NCBI RefSeq assembly: GCF_009914755.1
Contig: NC_060927.1
DNA: 64,000 nucleotides
Strand: one strand, 5' to 3'
Origin: the human T2T-CHM13v2.0 reference genome, Homo sapiens
The notes below the pieces were generated by a model. The model was not told the origin of the DNA and ran no database searches. It saw only the letters and a program-made list of their open reading frames with translations. The first letter of the stretch is position 1. Every line of letters begins with the position of its first letter. This document shows, one piece after another, positions 13,551 to 28,953 of this stretch. The position numbers were made by a program, and so were the translations under genes.

Positions 13551-13570
13551 GTGCACTATCTCCTGCTCTT

Positions 13571-14100
13571 CTTTTTCTTTTCTCTTCTTTTAAAACATTT
13601 ATTTTTAAAATTGCAGTAAAACACACATAATAAAATTTACCATGCTAACCATTTTTTCAAAAATTTGAATAGAGACAGGCTATTGCTATATTGCCCAGGC
13701 TGGTCTCAAACGCCAGGGCTAACGTGATCCTCCCACCTTGGCCTCCCAAAGTGCTGGGATTACAGGCATGAGCCACTTTTATTTTCCTTTATTTTTATTG
13801 TTTATTTTTTTTGAGACAGGGTTTGGCTCCATCAACCCAGGCTGGAGTGCAGTGGTGCAATGTGGGCTCACTGCAGCCTCCACCTCCTGGGCTCAAGCCA
13901 ACCTCCCACCTCAGCCTCCTGAGTAGCTGGGACTAAAGCGCACACCACCACACCCGGCTAATTTTTGTATTTTTAGTAGAGACAGGGTCTCACTATGCTG
14001 CCCAGGCTGCTGGCTGCTGTGAAACTCCTGAGCGCAAACAGTCCACTTGCCTCAGCCTCCGGAAGTGCTGGGATTACAGGCGTAAGCCACCGCGCCCGGC
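13571..14100 (-). mobile_element. Composite Alu insertion with TSD CTCCTGCTCTT
   Basis: TSD at 13560-13570 and 14101-14111; the tail contains a duplicate of 12307-12496. Confidence 0.85.
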
Positions 14101-15694
14101 CTCCTGCTCTTGTTTTTCTGTCTTCTCTTCGTCTCTAGGAGGTCCTTCAGAATTGTGAACATATTAGCCTCCTCATCTTTCAGAAGTTGTTCCTTGTTGT
14201 GTCTTCCAACTCAGCACAGAGGCCTCAGTGCCAGATTACAGCTGCCTTCTGATCCCAGATGTCGAGCAGCTGTTTTGGCTAAGATGATCCAAACCTCCCT
14301 GACATATTTATGACCCAGGGCAGGTTTCAAGGTGTCTTCATGCATGTATCCCTACTTAACATGCTCGATCACCCAGACAGGGATGATCAATCCCATTTTA
14401 CAGAGTGGGAGGCTGAGGCCTAAAGAAAGTTAAGAAACACAAGATTATAGTTAGTGAGAGGCAGAGCTAGCACTAGAACCCAGATGTCTACTTGGATAAT
14501 TTGTGATCTTTCTCCCAGAGAAATAACTAGTGTAGTACGGGTGGAGTTCTACACCCCCTATCCCCAGATAAAATTAAGAGAATATATATTTTTTAATTGT
14601 GCCGTTTAAAATTGTGCAATTTAAACTGTTAAAATTTGTTACATTTACATGCTAAAAGTGAATATATTTCTTCAGCAGTTAGAAACAACTGAGACTTCCA
14701 TCTAGTTAGCAAGAATTAGTTAAAATAAGAAGCTGCCAGATAGCTCTAATTGTTAATAACACAACTACAGTTATTCACAGTAATAACACAATTACTCTGA
14801 ATAACATTAGGAATTACACAATTGAACTGAAAGCAAGTGCTTGCTACCCTATCCCCCGAACCAAAACCATTTGTTTTATTCTACTTTCCATTATGCTTAT
14901 TATTTTAACTCTTCTTTCTCCTTCTTTCTTATTAAACAGGCCCTATGCAGTTATAAACCCATTTATTTCTGCATCCTTCTTAAGCTGTTCACTCTTGTGT
15001 CTCCCAGGTTAGCACAAAAGTATTAATAGTGAGCTGGGAGACACATTTTACAAAGTTCATGTTTACCTTAGCATTATCCAGTTCATAGTTCAGCTCATTA
15101 ACTAAGTTCTCTTGGGCAAATTGTTCAATATTTCTGAGGCTCAGTTTCTACATCTGTAAAGTAAGATTAGCGGTCTCTACCTCACTGGGTTTCTGTGGAT
15201 TTAAGACAGAATTAACTTTCTGTCTTAAATCTCATTTAACTATGAGAGAATTATGTTGAAAACACCTTCCACAGTATTTTACGTGTACGTAGTGTTCAAT
15301 ACATGTTACTTTCCATTTTGTTTCCATTTCCAAATGCATATTTTCTCTCATGTTATTAACTAAAAATATACTCTTCTGGCCTTATTAAAAGTTTGCCATG
15401 TGTCCCCTGTAAATTCTGTATTATCTATGTCTTTTTACTCTGGCACTTGCACATTTGAAAGTGAACAGAATCTATAGGCCAGCTTCTTCCACGCCTCTCA
15501 CCATTTATTCCGTCATTTAGGAAACCGAATCCAAACTACCATAGTTAGCCTACAGGCTTTCAGAGCCTGACACGGTAACCACAAGCATCCCTTGAATTGA
15601 ATGTGTCTATTTTCCTGTCTTTGTTTGCTGAAGGTCTTTGAAACAATATCCCTTTGGCTTTTCTCTTTCCCTCTCCTGGGAAACTGTACACTAG

Positions 15695-15859
15695 GTTCTC
15701 AGATCTGGCAGCAGTCAGTGGCTTCGACCTTGGACACTTACCTCGTCATCGAAGACCTTAGTCCCGGGTGTCCTTATCAGTTCAGAGTCAGTGCCAGTAA
15801 CCCCTGGGGAATCAGCCTTCCCAGCGAGCCCTCGGAGTTTGTGCGACTTCCAGAATATG
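15695..15859 (+). CDS. KALRN: Kalirin exon, FN3 C-half (SQIWQQ...LSPGCPYQFRVSASNPWGISLPSEPSEFVRLPEY)
   Basis: actag|GT ... TATG|gtgagt; L-x-P-G-x-x-Y-x-F-R-V-x-A FN3 motif. Confidence 0.96.
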
Positions 15860-17189
15860 GTGAGTCCCAGCCCAGCCCTGGCCCCCCAGGCAGTGGGATT
15901 GAGGCACCTGGCTGCCTGTCACAGACTCCTGGGCACGTTGACATGTCAGGCCACCATGCAAGAGGCACCTTTTAGAGGACTAAGAAGAATGTTTCTGTAA
16001 AGTATAGCTCCAAGCATCTTGGGCAAATGTTAGGTCTGCACCCATGCCTACCCCTGCACCTGCCAAGTTCCCTGGGGAATGAGTATGTCCCCAGGAATGG
16101 AGAGTTACAGGCAGGAGTCATGAGTCCTGTGGATGTTCTCTGCCCCTCTTCTGAGACAGTAATACAAAGCCTCCTCCCACCCGGGCACCCCTGCCAGCCG
16201 TAAATGTACCTCCCTGCATGAGGGACTCACCCACTTCAAATGGGGGAAAGAAAAGCAACCTGGCTGAAGGACTTCATTACAACATGAGGATTTCATAGTT
16301 TCCTCACCCCCAATCATCCCAGAATTTCTTTTTTCAACATGGGTATAATTTTATGTAGATTTGTTGAAAAAGTAACTAAGATACACATATAGCTAGCTAA
16401 ATATGAGTATTTTACAAATAAGGTTCTTATTTTGCCCAAAACATCTTCGTCCCAGGGACATTTTGAAAGAGAAAACTTGGCTATCCTAAAGAAATCTCCA
16501 AATGGTGAGATTTTGGGCAGTGCAAGGGAGTGGTCTGTGTGTACTGGGGAGAGCAGTGGGTGGGGGGCAGCTGACTGTACTCGAAAGACCATGGACCTGT
16601 GTGCCTTAGGGTTAAGGGAATTCTGGAGTCTCCAGAGGGGTTTGGGAAACCCTCTAAATCACCTCTGCCCCCACCTGAATCCAGAAATGCTCTCCAGTTC
16701 CAGTCCCACAGTCAGCCCGGTTTTCTCCCAGTGACTTTGACTTTGTTCCCACGAGCCTGTGACTCTTGCAGAAACCTACGCCCTGGGTCTCTGTTTCCTC
16801 AGAATTCAAGATGGATAAGCCGCCTTCAGTCTCAGCCAGGCTGTGCTCTGGGAAACCTGAGGGAACTGGCTCCAGGGTCAGCTGAGCCAAGCTGCTCATG
16901 TGACCCCTCTCCTCCCAGGCTGCTCACTTGCTCCAGCCCCGGATGATGCTGTGTGTTTTGCTATTTGTGAACCTTGGTCCCCAACAGATGACACAAATGC
17001 GTATTGCTGTGCTTGCTCTGTGTGCGTGTGTGTGTGCACGCGTGCGTGAATCATTGCCAAGGAATTGACACATCACACAAGGTAATACTGCCAAAGAATC
17101 TACTCAGGCATATATTGTGGGTTAAGCTAAATCCTTCAGTATACCAGATAAGCTCATTAATGCCTGAGAAGAGCGGGATAAGAAGATAA

Positions 17190-17425
<236 letters not shown>

Positions 17426-17863
17426 TTAGAAAGAGAAATTTCTAAAATGTCTTTTCCTTTTCTCCTTTCTTGACCTTGTAACTTTTCCCTTCTCTCTCTG
17501 CATCCTCCTTACACCCCTGATTTTCACGAGCTTTTCTAGGTCTTCAAAGTGTTCTTTTATCCCTTTTAAATTTTTCTCCTAAATTTATCTTATAAAATAT
17601 CCATAAGTCATATTTCTGATTGTACTGCGTTTTCCCTTTGTTTAAGTAGATGGGAGAGAGAAGCTGACTCTGTCATGTCAGTTTCCCCTTGGATGATTTT
17701 TTAAAATAACATTCCAGAGAATCATGGCATTTTCCCACTGAGTCAGACTCCATATTTGGTCATGAGAATTGCTTTGGGGTTACTCTGGAGCTTTTCTGTT
17801 AATTTTTTCTTTATTCTTATATGACATCCTCGATATTGTAAATGGATTCTCTTTCTTCCGAAG

Positions 17864-17942
17864 ATGCTGCTGCTGATGGTGCCACCATTTCTTGGAAGGA
17901 AAATTTTGACTCAGCTTACACTGAGCTGAATGAAATTGGAAG
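17864..17942 (+). CDS. KALRN: Kalirin exon, linker and kinase start (DAAADGATISWKENFDSAYTELNEIGR)
   Basis: ccgaag|AT ... GGAAG|gtaatg; 79 nt, phase 1 to 2, open frame. Confidence 0.94.
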
Positions 17943-18084
17943 GTAATGACACAGTTTTATATTCCTTCATTCATGAACACCTAGCAACATCACATCAGAA
18001 CAGTAACTTTTTGTTGTTGTCATTGTTTATTTCTTTTACAAATGCAATTCTCTCCATAGCAAGAAAAAAACTAAAATATTCGTT

Positions 18085-18580
18085 TGTATTTTCTACTGTT
18101 CTTTTTCTAACTTCTTAAGTTGGATGCTTCATTCATCAGTTGTCAACCTTTCTTCTTTTCTAATATAAGAAATTAAGGCCCAAAATTTTCTTCAAAGTAC
18201 AATTTTAGCTATAGGTCCTGAGTTTTGATATGCAGTATTTTCCTTATAAGTTATATGTAGTTGTCTTCAACTGTGAATTTTTCTTTGACCTGGTTATAAT
18301 GGAAACATGTTTTAATATATATGAGATTTTTAAAGGTATGAGTTTTTTTAAAGTATCTTTTTATTACTGATTTCTAACTTAATTTGCATTGTGGTCAGAA
18401 AATCTATATGGTACTGATTCCTTGGTTTTTGTTTGGACTTGCTTTATGAGTAGTACATGGTTACTTTTTGTAAAAATTTCCACATGTTCCTGGGAAGACT
18501 GTGCAATCACTAATTGTTGGATATACATCTCTATATTGCCCGTGTACCAAGCACATTAATTATTTTATGAGTATTTCTAA
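18085..18580 (-). mobile_element. Old L1 (L1ME-like) fragment
   Basis: ttgatttctaacttaatt..cattgtggtcagaaaa antisense L1 ORF2 pattern. Confidence 0.65.
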
Positions 18581-19329
18581 TCCCAATCCTCCCCCTGCCA
18601 CACACATACACTCCATACCTTTCTCTTTCTCTCTCTTTCTCACTTGCAGTATTTTGGTTAGAGAACATTTAGTGTGTCCTCAAAAATAAAACAGATAAAA
18701 ATATGACTTTTAACAGAAAAATTAAAAATCTATCACCTGGCCCACAAAATAGTCTATGGGAAAGAAACAAAAGGCATTCATCCCTATGCATGCTTTGGTC
18801 TCCAGGTGGTCTGTGTGAGGGAATGTAGGTAGATCTTACAGGTTGCCCACCCGTAAGATCCTTCCCCCCGGATGTATAAATAAAAGAATACCCACTAACG
18901 ATGGGCCATTGACATCATTTCTAGCTCTGATTAGCATTTCTCAGTGAAGCATAACATTTTTTAACTGACGTGGTTGTGACCGACGTTGTAGAGGAAACCA
19001 AAATGGTCCTTCTGCCTGTGTCTTAGGCAGGAGTCACAATATCATTCACTGCCTTCCGTTACAGCACCTTTCATCAAAAACAAACTCTACCTCTCCTTTC
19101 CTGTCTTCTTTGTGTAGCCAAACAGAAGAAAAAAAGCCAAGGAAATTTATGTAATGGTGATGATGATAATGATGATCTCAGTATCTATAGTATTCTAGAT
19201 ACTAAGCAGATACTATATACAAATGTTATTTTTGTTTGTTTGAGCTCTACTGCTTAATACACAAACATTATTTAATTTAATCCATACAACACTATGAGAT
19301 ACTGTTTGAGCAGATTTAAAAAAAAAAGA

Positions 19330-19797
19330 TAGAGATCGGTTATTGCTATGTTGCCCAGGCTGGTCTTGAACTCCTGGGCTCAAGCAATCCTCCTACCTCA
19401 GCCTCCCAAAGTGCTGAGATTACAGGCCTGAGCCATTGCACCAGGCTGAGTATATTGTCTTTTTGTCTTCTTTTTTCTCTTTTTGAGACAGGGTCTGTCT
19501 CTGTCACCAGGGCTGGAATGCAGTGGCAGTATCATAGCTCACTGCACCCTCAATCTCCTAAGAAGCTATCCTCCCACGCTTGCGGGGAGGATGATCAGTC
19601 TTCCAAGTAGCTGGGACTACAGGTGCACACCACCATACCTGGCAAACTTTTAAAAGAATCTTTTGTTGTTGTTTTGTAGAGATGGAGTTCTCACTATGTT
19701 GCCCAGGCTGGTCTCAAATTCCTGGGCTCAAGCAATCCTCCTGCCTCAGTCTCCCAAAGTGTGGGATTACAGGTGTGAGCCACCCATCTCACCCAGC
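19330..19797 (-). mobile_element. FLAM plus AluJ
   Basis: Alu monomer 19330-19447 and dimer 19470-19797. Confidence 0.85.
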
Positions 19798-20269
19798 CTG
19801 AAGTATATTTTCAGTAAAGGAAACTCAGGGTCAGGGAGGTTAAGTAACTTTCTTAAAGCCCCACAACTAGGAGGTGTGGAGCCAGGATTCAAATTCTGGG
19901 CTACCCAACTCCAAGCCTGGTCTTGTTTTACTAGCATATATTGTTTCTCATCATATCGATTATTGTCCAAAATAAGCTCTAGTAACTGAAATCTAGTTTG
20001 CTTTATTATATTGAAATTTGTGAAGCTAAACATGACCCCCAATAATGGGCCGATTAAATCCCCAGCTAGTTCTAAATGAAATTGGTTTCATCACCCGGAT
20101 GCCCCAGTTAATTCCTCCTGGAGGCATGTGTTTGCTATTATTAGCCATAGGTTAAGTCATGTTTTAGCTAAAACAGATGGCTGATTTGATATTTCTCAAA
20201 GGGAAGATCAATTTTCTTATCTGTTCAAAAGTAATCGATGTTTTTGTTTTAAAGTCTCTAACAGCCTGA

Positions 20270-20675
<406 letters not shown>

Positions 20676-21624
20676 CAAATAATACATGGAGATGTTAATG
20701 TGAGACACAGGAAAGATATCTGTGCCAGGGCTGTAGAAGTCAATCGACTTGCTTCATCACACCTAAATCTGGAATTCTGGGCCTTTGTGACTATTCTGTT
20801 AAAAGGAGTGCTCTGGTAATTAAATACTATAAAAAGCCACAGTGCAGGAAGATTCTCTCCTACAGCACATCCATAGAAGGAAAGGGCACTTGAGTATGGC
20901 GTGTTTAACCAGGAATGAACTATACAGGCAACAATGCAGTATAGAGAAGGCAGGGGATTGTCACTGGAAATGCTGACCCATTGCCTATACCCATTGCTAT
21001 ATAAAAAGGTAGCAGTACCAGGCCTCCAGGTCAGATGGCAGGTTGAACACAGGCATCTATCTTCACTTCTTCCTAAACTTCATTGAAACTATAATGCAGG
21101 GTTTATTTTATTTTATTTTATTTTTTTAAGTAGGCATATAAGAATGAGGACATTGGAAGAAGAGACAAAAATAAAGTATTATTTTCACAGAAATACAGAT
21201 GTTTTTCACAGAAATTCATGTTTTTCTTCTACAGAAAAACAGATGAAAGAATGATAAATGACCTTCAAGACCTGAGTGAGTCAGTCAGTCATGGGGTCAA
21301 ATGAGGGCCAGTATAATTTTTGCAGCAGAATTACCCAAAAGCTCAGGTATTAGGAGCATCACGTACCTCTGGAAGTAGGTAAAAGGAGGATGCTAAAATT
21401 GAAAGGATTGGCTGAAATTTTTTGAGAAGTTGAGTCTCAGAAGGGAGTGAAAACTGATGTCTGTGTTCAGCCTGCCATCCTTACCTGGAGGCCTGGTCCT
21501 GCTACAATTTAGATTCTATACAGGCAACCAGTCAGCATTCCCAAGGGATAAGCTGGCTCCAAATCTGCTCCCCAGCTTCAAGTATCTGTGTGATTGTCTT
21601 TCTTCATCCAAGAAAAGACTGGTC

Positions 21625-21720
21625 CCTCCCTTCCTTCCTTCCTTCCTCCCTTCCTTCCTTCCTTCCTTCCTTCCTTCCCTCCCTCCCTTCCTTCCTCCCT
21701 CTTTCTCTCTCTCTCTTTCT
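21625..21720. repeat. (CCTT)n/CT-rich polypyrimidine tract
   Basis: Seen directly. Confidence 0.95.
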
Positions 21721-21756
21721 TATTTCTTTGTTTCTTTTGTTGTCGTTGTTGTTTTA

Positions 21757-23160
<1,404 letters not shown>

Positions 23161-23220
23161 AAAAGGAAAGAAAGTAAAGTAAAAACTTGAAGAATGGCTA
23201 ATGACAAGGAGAATAGCAGT

Positions 23221-23305
23221 TTCCTTCCTTCCTTCCTTCCTTCCTTCCTTCCTTCCTTCCTTCCCTCCTTCCTTCCTTCCCTCCTTCCTTCCCTTCTTCC
23301 TTCCT
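23221..23305. repeat. (TTCC)n microsatellite
   Basis: Seen directly. Confidence 0.95.
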
Positions 23306-23369
23306 ACCTTTTTTCTTCTTTCCTCTTTTCTCCTTTATCTCCCCAGCTTTGATACAAGTGTGGGCCAAA

Positions 23370-24860
23370 TCAAAGAACTATGTAGCATGCACAAACAGCA
23401 AAAACTCCAAGAAAACCCCACATTTCTGGCCAAAGGACAAAGAAAAGGGAACCCTTTGAGCTGGAGAGAACAGAATAATTCATGCTTAATTGTTTTTTTG
23501 TGTCTCCTTACTGTCACTGCTTCACCCCGAGGGCAGTCATGTGAAACTGCATGACAATGCAGGAAGCTAAACCTCTGAGGGAATCCCATCTTTCTGGCCA
23601 GACAACTTCAAAAAGGGGCACTTGGGAGATAAAGAATGCAGGGGAAATCTCAGGAGAAAGCAAAAGAAGAAGATCTCCTAATTCTATATGAAATGACTCA
23701 AATCCTGGGCCACCTTCCAGCTGTGCTTGTATGAGGCACATCCAAAGAAATATAGCAAGGCTCTGAGAACTGGACTATGATGTAAACCACTGCTCAGTGA
23801 CTGTTTAGTCTCAGACTAATCTTTGTGTGGTGCTCACAAGGGGCAGACCTAAAAGCATAGTAAACACTGAAAACTGAACTGACAATAGAACCACCTCCCA
23901 CAGAAGGTGAGACAGAACTTGCAGTCTGAACCTAACCAAGTTGATTGCTGACCAAAACATACAAATAAACCAAAAATCAAACTCCTCCAGAGGATTTTAA
24001 CAGAATCAGTCTCACAACATAACATTTGAAATGTTTGGGATACAATCTAAATTTGTTCAACATTACAAAAAGCAGAAAAAACTTAAAAAATTCTCGGGAA
24101 GAAAACAATCAACAGATGCCAGCTCTGACATGATCCAAATATTGGAACTATCACACAAAGACTTTAAAGTAGCAATTACAACCATCCTCTGTAAGGTAAA
24201 GGTGAATACTCTTGAAATGAATGGAAAGATAGAAGTTATTGACAGAGAAATAGAAATGATTTTTAAATTTAAATTGCATAACAAAAAATACAATATCTAA
24301 AATTTTTAAATTTACAGCATGGATTCAATAGCAGAACAAAGCTGATGGAGGAGTTGGTGAAATTGAAGAGGAAGAAATATAAATTATCTGACATGAAGAA
24401 TAGAGAGAAAAAATGTTTTACAAATATTAGACGTAACCCCAGGGACCTATGGAAAAATATCAAAAGGTCTGACATTCATGTCATTAGAACTCCTAAGGGA
24501 AAGAAAAAAGTGATTGGTGCAGAAAAAATTTTTGAAGAAATAACAACTGGAAATGTCCCAAATTTGGTAAAAGACACAAATTTTTAAAGAAGCTTGGTGA
24601 CCTAAATAAAAAACAAACAAAAACCATGCCCAGAACACATTGTAATCAAACTGCTGAAAACAAATATATGAAAAAAAATCTTGAAAGAAACAAGAGAAAA
24701 AAACAACATATTACATTTAGGTAGAACAGTGACTCGAATGACAGCAGATTTCTCATCAGAATTCATGGAGGCAAGAAGACAGCAGAACCAACATCTTTAA
24801 AATGCTTAAAGGAAAGAGCTGGCCACCAAGAATTCTAAATCTAGCAAAAATATCCTCCAG
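23370..24860 (+). mobile_element. Old L1M 5' region and ORF1 remnant
   Basis: ORF 24345: RDLWKNIKRSDIHVI...GAEKIFEEITTGNVPNL matches the L1 ORF1p RRM start. Confidence 0.85.
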
Positions 24861-24869
24861 GTGAAATGA

Positions 24870-26290
24870 ATTGACTACTAAGAATTTCTGAACAGTTGAG
24901 GAAAATCTTTAAAATGAAAGACAGAAATCAAAACAAAAGTAGAAGAAAGGAAACAAACTATATAGCAAAAGACTTCCAAAAACTCTCATTAGTATCCTTA
25001 GATAAAAGATAATATTGAAATTACAAAACAAGAGCATAATCCTGCAATAAAAAAGAAACAAAAAATGAAAACAGAACCTTTTTTAAAATTTTATTTTTAT
25101 TTATTTATTTATTTAGACAGAGTCTTGCTCTTTCACCCAGGCTGGAGTGCAGTGGCACAATCTTGGCTCACTGCAACCTCTGCCTCCCAAGTTCAAGTGA
25201 TTTTTGTGCCTCAGTCTCCTGAGTAGCTGGGATTACAGGCACGCACAACCATGCCTGGCTAATTTTTGTATATTTAGTAGAAACAGGGTTTCACCATGTT
25301 GTCCAGGCTGGTCTTGAACTCTTGTCCTCAAGTGATGCACCCACCTTGGTCTCCCAAGGTGTTGGGATTACAGGCGTGAGCCACTGCACCTGACCTGAAA
25401 ACCTTAATAGAAGTGTGGGAAGACAGAGTTGAGGAAATTTCCCAGAAATCTGAGCAACCGGAAAATAAATGGGAAATAGAATAGGAAAAGAAGAATTAGA
25501 GGACTAGACTAGAAGTTCCAATTTGAAAAACAGAAATTCCAGAAAGAGAGAATAGAACAAATAAAACAGAGAAGAAGGAATTGTTTCTAAAAAATAAGAT
25601 ATTCCCAGAATGAAAAGACATGAGTTTACTAATTGAGAGAGCACCCGAGTGCCCAACCTAATGGATGAAAATAGATCATACTGCAGCACATAACTGTGAA
25701 ATTTCTCAACACCCAGGAAAAGAGAAGAACCTACAAATTCTCCATGAGGAAAAGGGGTCATGAAGGATTAGGAATCATAATGCTTTAGACATTAGCAGTC
25801 AACATTACCAGCAACAATAGAAGTTGGAAGGCAACAGAATAATTCCTTCAAAATTGTGAATGAAAAGTTTTCCCAACTGGATTATACTCAGCTAAACTCA
25901 CAATCAAGTATAAAAGTAGAATAAGTACAAATTTTCAGATATGCAAGTCTGAAACAATTTATTTCCCATGCACTCTTTGTCAGAAATGATTGAAGATTGC
26001 ATTCTATCACAAAAAGGAAAAGTATTCATAGTTTACTAGAGGCTCAACTGTGAATAGCATGGACATAGTGTAGTAATGTAGATACTGAATATTGATTATA
26101 ATTCTATTGGGAAGACAGTGGTTGGGGATAGTAGTTATGTGGCAGGGACAGAGGGAGGAAGGAGGCTAAAATCTCATCTTCCACAGTGGGATGTCAACAG
26201 AAATAATTAAAACTGAAAAATCAAGAAGTAGCCACTCAAAGCATACTATTGAGAGTCATAGAAGTAAATATTTCAATAATCTGCTAAACT
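24870..26290 (+). mobile_element. HAL1/L1ME ORF1-like remnant interrupted by AluS(-) 25095-25395
   Basis: A-rich ORF1-like sequence (attccagaaagagagaatagaac..ttcccagaatgaaaagacatgagttt). Confidence 0.6.
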
Positions 26291-26320
26291 ATATTAAATT
26301 GATATATTAAACTGCCTCTC

Positions 26321-26707
<387 letters not shown>

Positions 26708-27804
26708 CTAAAAATTAAGCTAGCAGTACCTTGAGATGGCCACTAAATTCGGGAGAGCTATCCTCAGCATTCAATTGTTTTCATTGTTTCATTTCACTCC
26801 TCTGCAAGAAGTAACTTATGATAATCAAACTCACAAAGAGAGTGCTGTTAAAACCAGAATGGCAATTTATTAATTTATGATGTGAAACAAAACTGCCATT
26901 TTGACCAAATATTTGCTTACTGTGCCAAGAATGATATTTGGTAAATAATATATATTCAATAAATACTTGTCTAAGACTTGTTTTACTGATTAGTACATTA
27001 TTTTTTTAAAAAAAATTTTTAAAGCGAAAGGATCTCACTATGTTGTCCAGGCTAGTCTCAAACTCCTGGGCTCAAGCAATCCTCTTGTCTCAGCTTCCCA
27101 AAGCACTGGGATGACAAGCATGAGCCATTGCACCTGGCCTTATTAGCACATTATTTTATGCAAATATATGATGAGAAAAAAAGTATTATTAGAAAGTTGT
27201 CTTTTGAGCACAGAGCCAGGTCAAGGAGGCAGTTAGATCATCTTCATGGTGGCCATGACACACCCATTTCTGTTGGAGGAATGGGCTGGTCTTCAGACTG
27301 TTCTCTCCTCTGCTCGTGGGTTAGGACACCTCATGGGCAGGGCTTGGATGGTGCTGCCTTGTCACCTCATTGACCCTCCCTTCATCTGCCCCATTGCTGA
27401 CCTGTGCCCTACAGAGCTCTCTTGCCACCTTCCACAGGGCAACAGCTGTATCTGGGAACCATTCTATTTCAGGGGTGGGTAATTTTGTCAGATGCAATAA
27501 TGGCAGAGTGGTTGTATATTTCTAAGTGTTCTTGTCGATAGGGATGTAAACTGAAGTATTTATGAGTGACATGACATTATATCTGGATTTGCTTAAAATA
27601 TTCCAGGGTGGAAAAAAGCAGGGGATAGAAAAGAGATAGATGAAACAAAATTGATTAAATTGTTCATGATTATTGAAGTTGGCTGCATAGGAGATCTATT
27701 TTGCTATTTTCTTTACTTTTGTGTATATTAGAAAGTTTCCATAATAAGAAGATAACAAACATAAAATAAAATGAAATGATGGACTCTTTAAAATCTTTTT
27801 AATG

Positions 27805-28030
27805 AGAGCTAAGCTATGAGGACACAAAGGCATAAGAATGATATGATGGACTTTGGGGACTTGGGGGAAAGGGTGAGAGGGTGGTGAGAGATAAAAGACT
27901 ACACATTGGGTACTGTGTACACTGCTTGGGTGATGGGTGCACCAAAATCTCAGAAATCACCCTCTAAAGAACATATTCATGTAACCAAACACCACCTGTT
28001 CCCCAAAAACCTATTGAAATTAAAAAACAA
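27805..28030 (+). mobile_element. L1PB-like 3' end
   Basis: gagctaagctatgaggac..aaaggcataagaatgat..gggtgatgggtgcaccaaaatctcagaaatcacc..catgtaaccaaacaccacctgttcccc. Confidence 0.85.
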
Positions 28031-28752
28031 AAATCCAATTTGCAATGGCTTTACAGTCTGGCTTTTTCATCGTGTCATGGCCCCACAAAGAGTTAGCATT
28101 TGTGCTAGACCTTGAAGGAAGTAGAATTGGTATGTATGAGAAGGAGAAAAAAATAATAAAAATGTTTTTAAAATTATCGTTGAGTAGAATTCCTCCTTCT
28201 TTAACATTATTGCTGTTTCTATTGTTGTATTTCACAGAAATACATATTCTGCCTCGAAAAGAAAACTGAACTGCCATTGATGGTTAAAATGGCAGAGAAA
28301 AATGTTGGTTTAAAAAATTACATTAGTTAGGCCAGGCAGAGTGGCTCACACCTGTAATCCCAGCGCTTTGGGAGGCCGAAGCAAGAGGCTTGAGCCTGGA
28401 AAGTTGAGGCTGAAGTGAGCCATGATCACATGACTGCACTCTAGCCTGGGTAGCAGAGCAAGACCCTGTCTCAGAAAAAAAAAAAAAAAAAGCTTTATAT
28501 TACATATAAAAATATAATTTATAATGTAATTAGATTATATATAATATAAAAAGTTTTTGACATCTCAAAAACCCTAAAATGCTAAAGAAGGAAAAATGGA
28601 TTCTCTGAATAACATTATAATTAAAAATATAGGAGAGTAGGATTCCTAATAAGATCTATCTGACCACTTCCCACAAAACTTTACTTATCCATGAATAAAA
28701 TATATCTAGTTAATTAATGAATGTTGGCAAACTCTCCCTTTTGTTTTTCCAG

Positions 28753-28953
28753 AGGCCGTTTCTCTATAGTAAAGAAATGCATTCACAAAGCTACCCGCAA
28801 AGATGTGGCTGTGAAATTTGTTAGCAAAAAAATGAAGAAGAAAGAACAGGCTGCCCACGAGGCTGCCCTGCTTCAGCACCTACAGCACCCCCAGTACATC
28901 ACTCTCCATGACACCTATGAGTCCCCCACATCCTACATCCTGATCTTGGAACT
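28753..28953 (+). CDS. KALRN: Kalirin kinase exon (GRFSIVKKC...VAVKFV...YILILEL)
   Basis: ttccag|A ... CT|gtaagt; Gly-loop and AVK motif. Confidence 0.97.

Noticed and set aside
15601-15975. 124-aa standalone ORF
   Set aside because: It is the KALRN FN3 exon plus open intronic flanks
24031-24587. Lys-rich ORFs as a novel gene
   Set aside because: Decayed L1 ORF1 sequence
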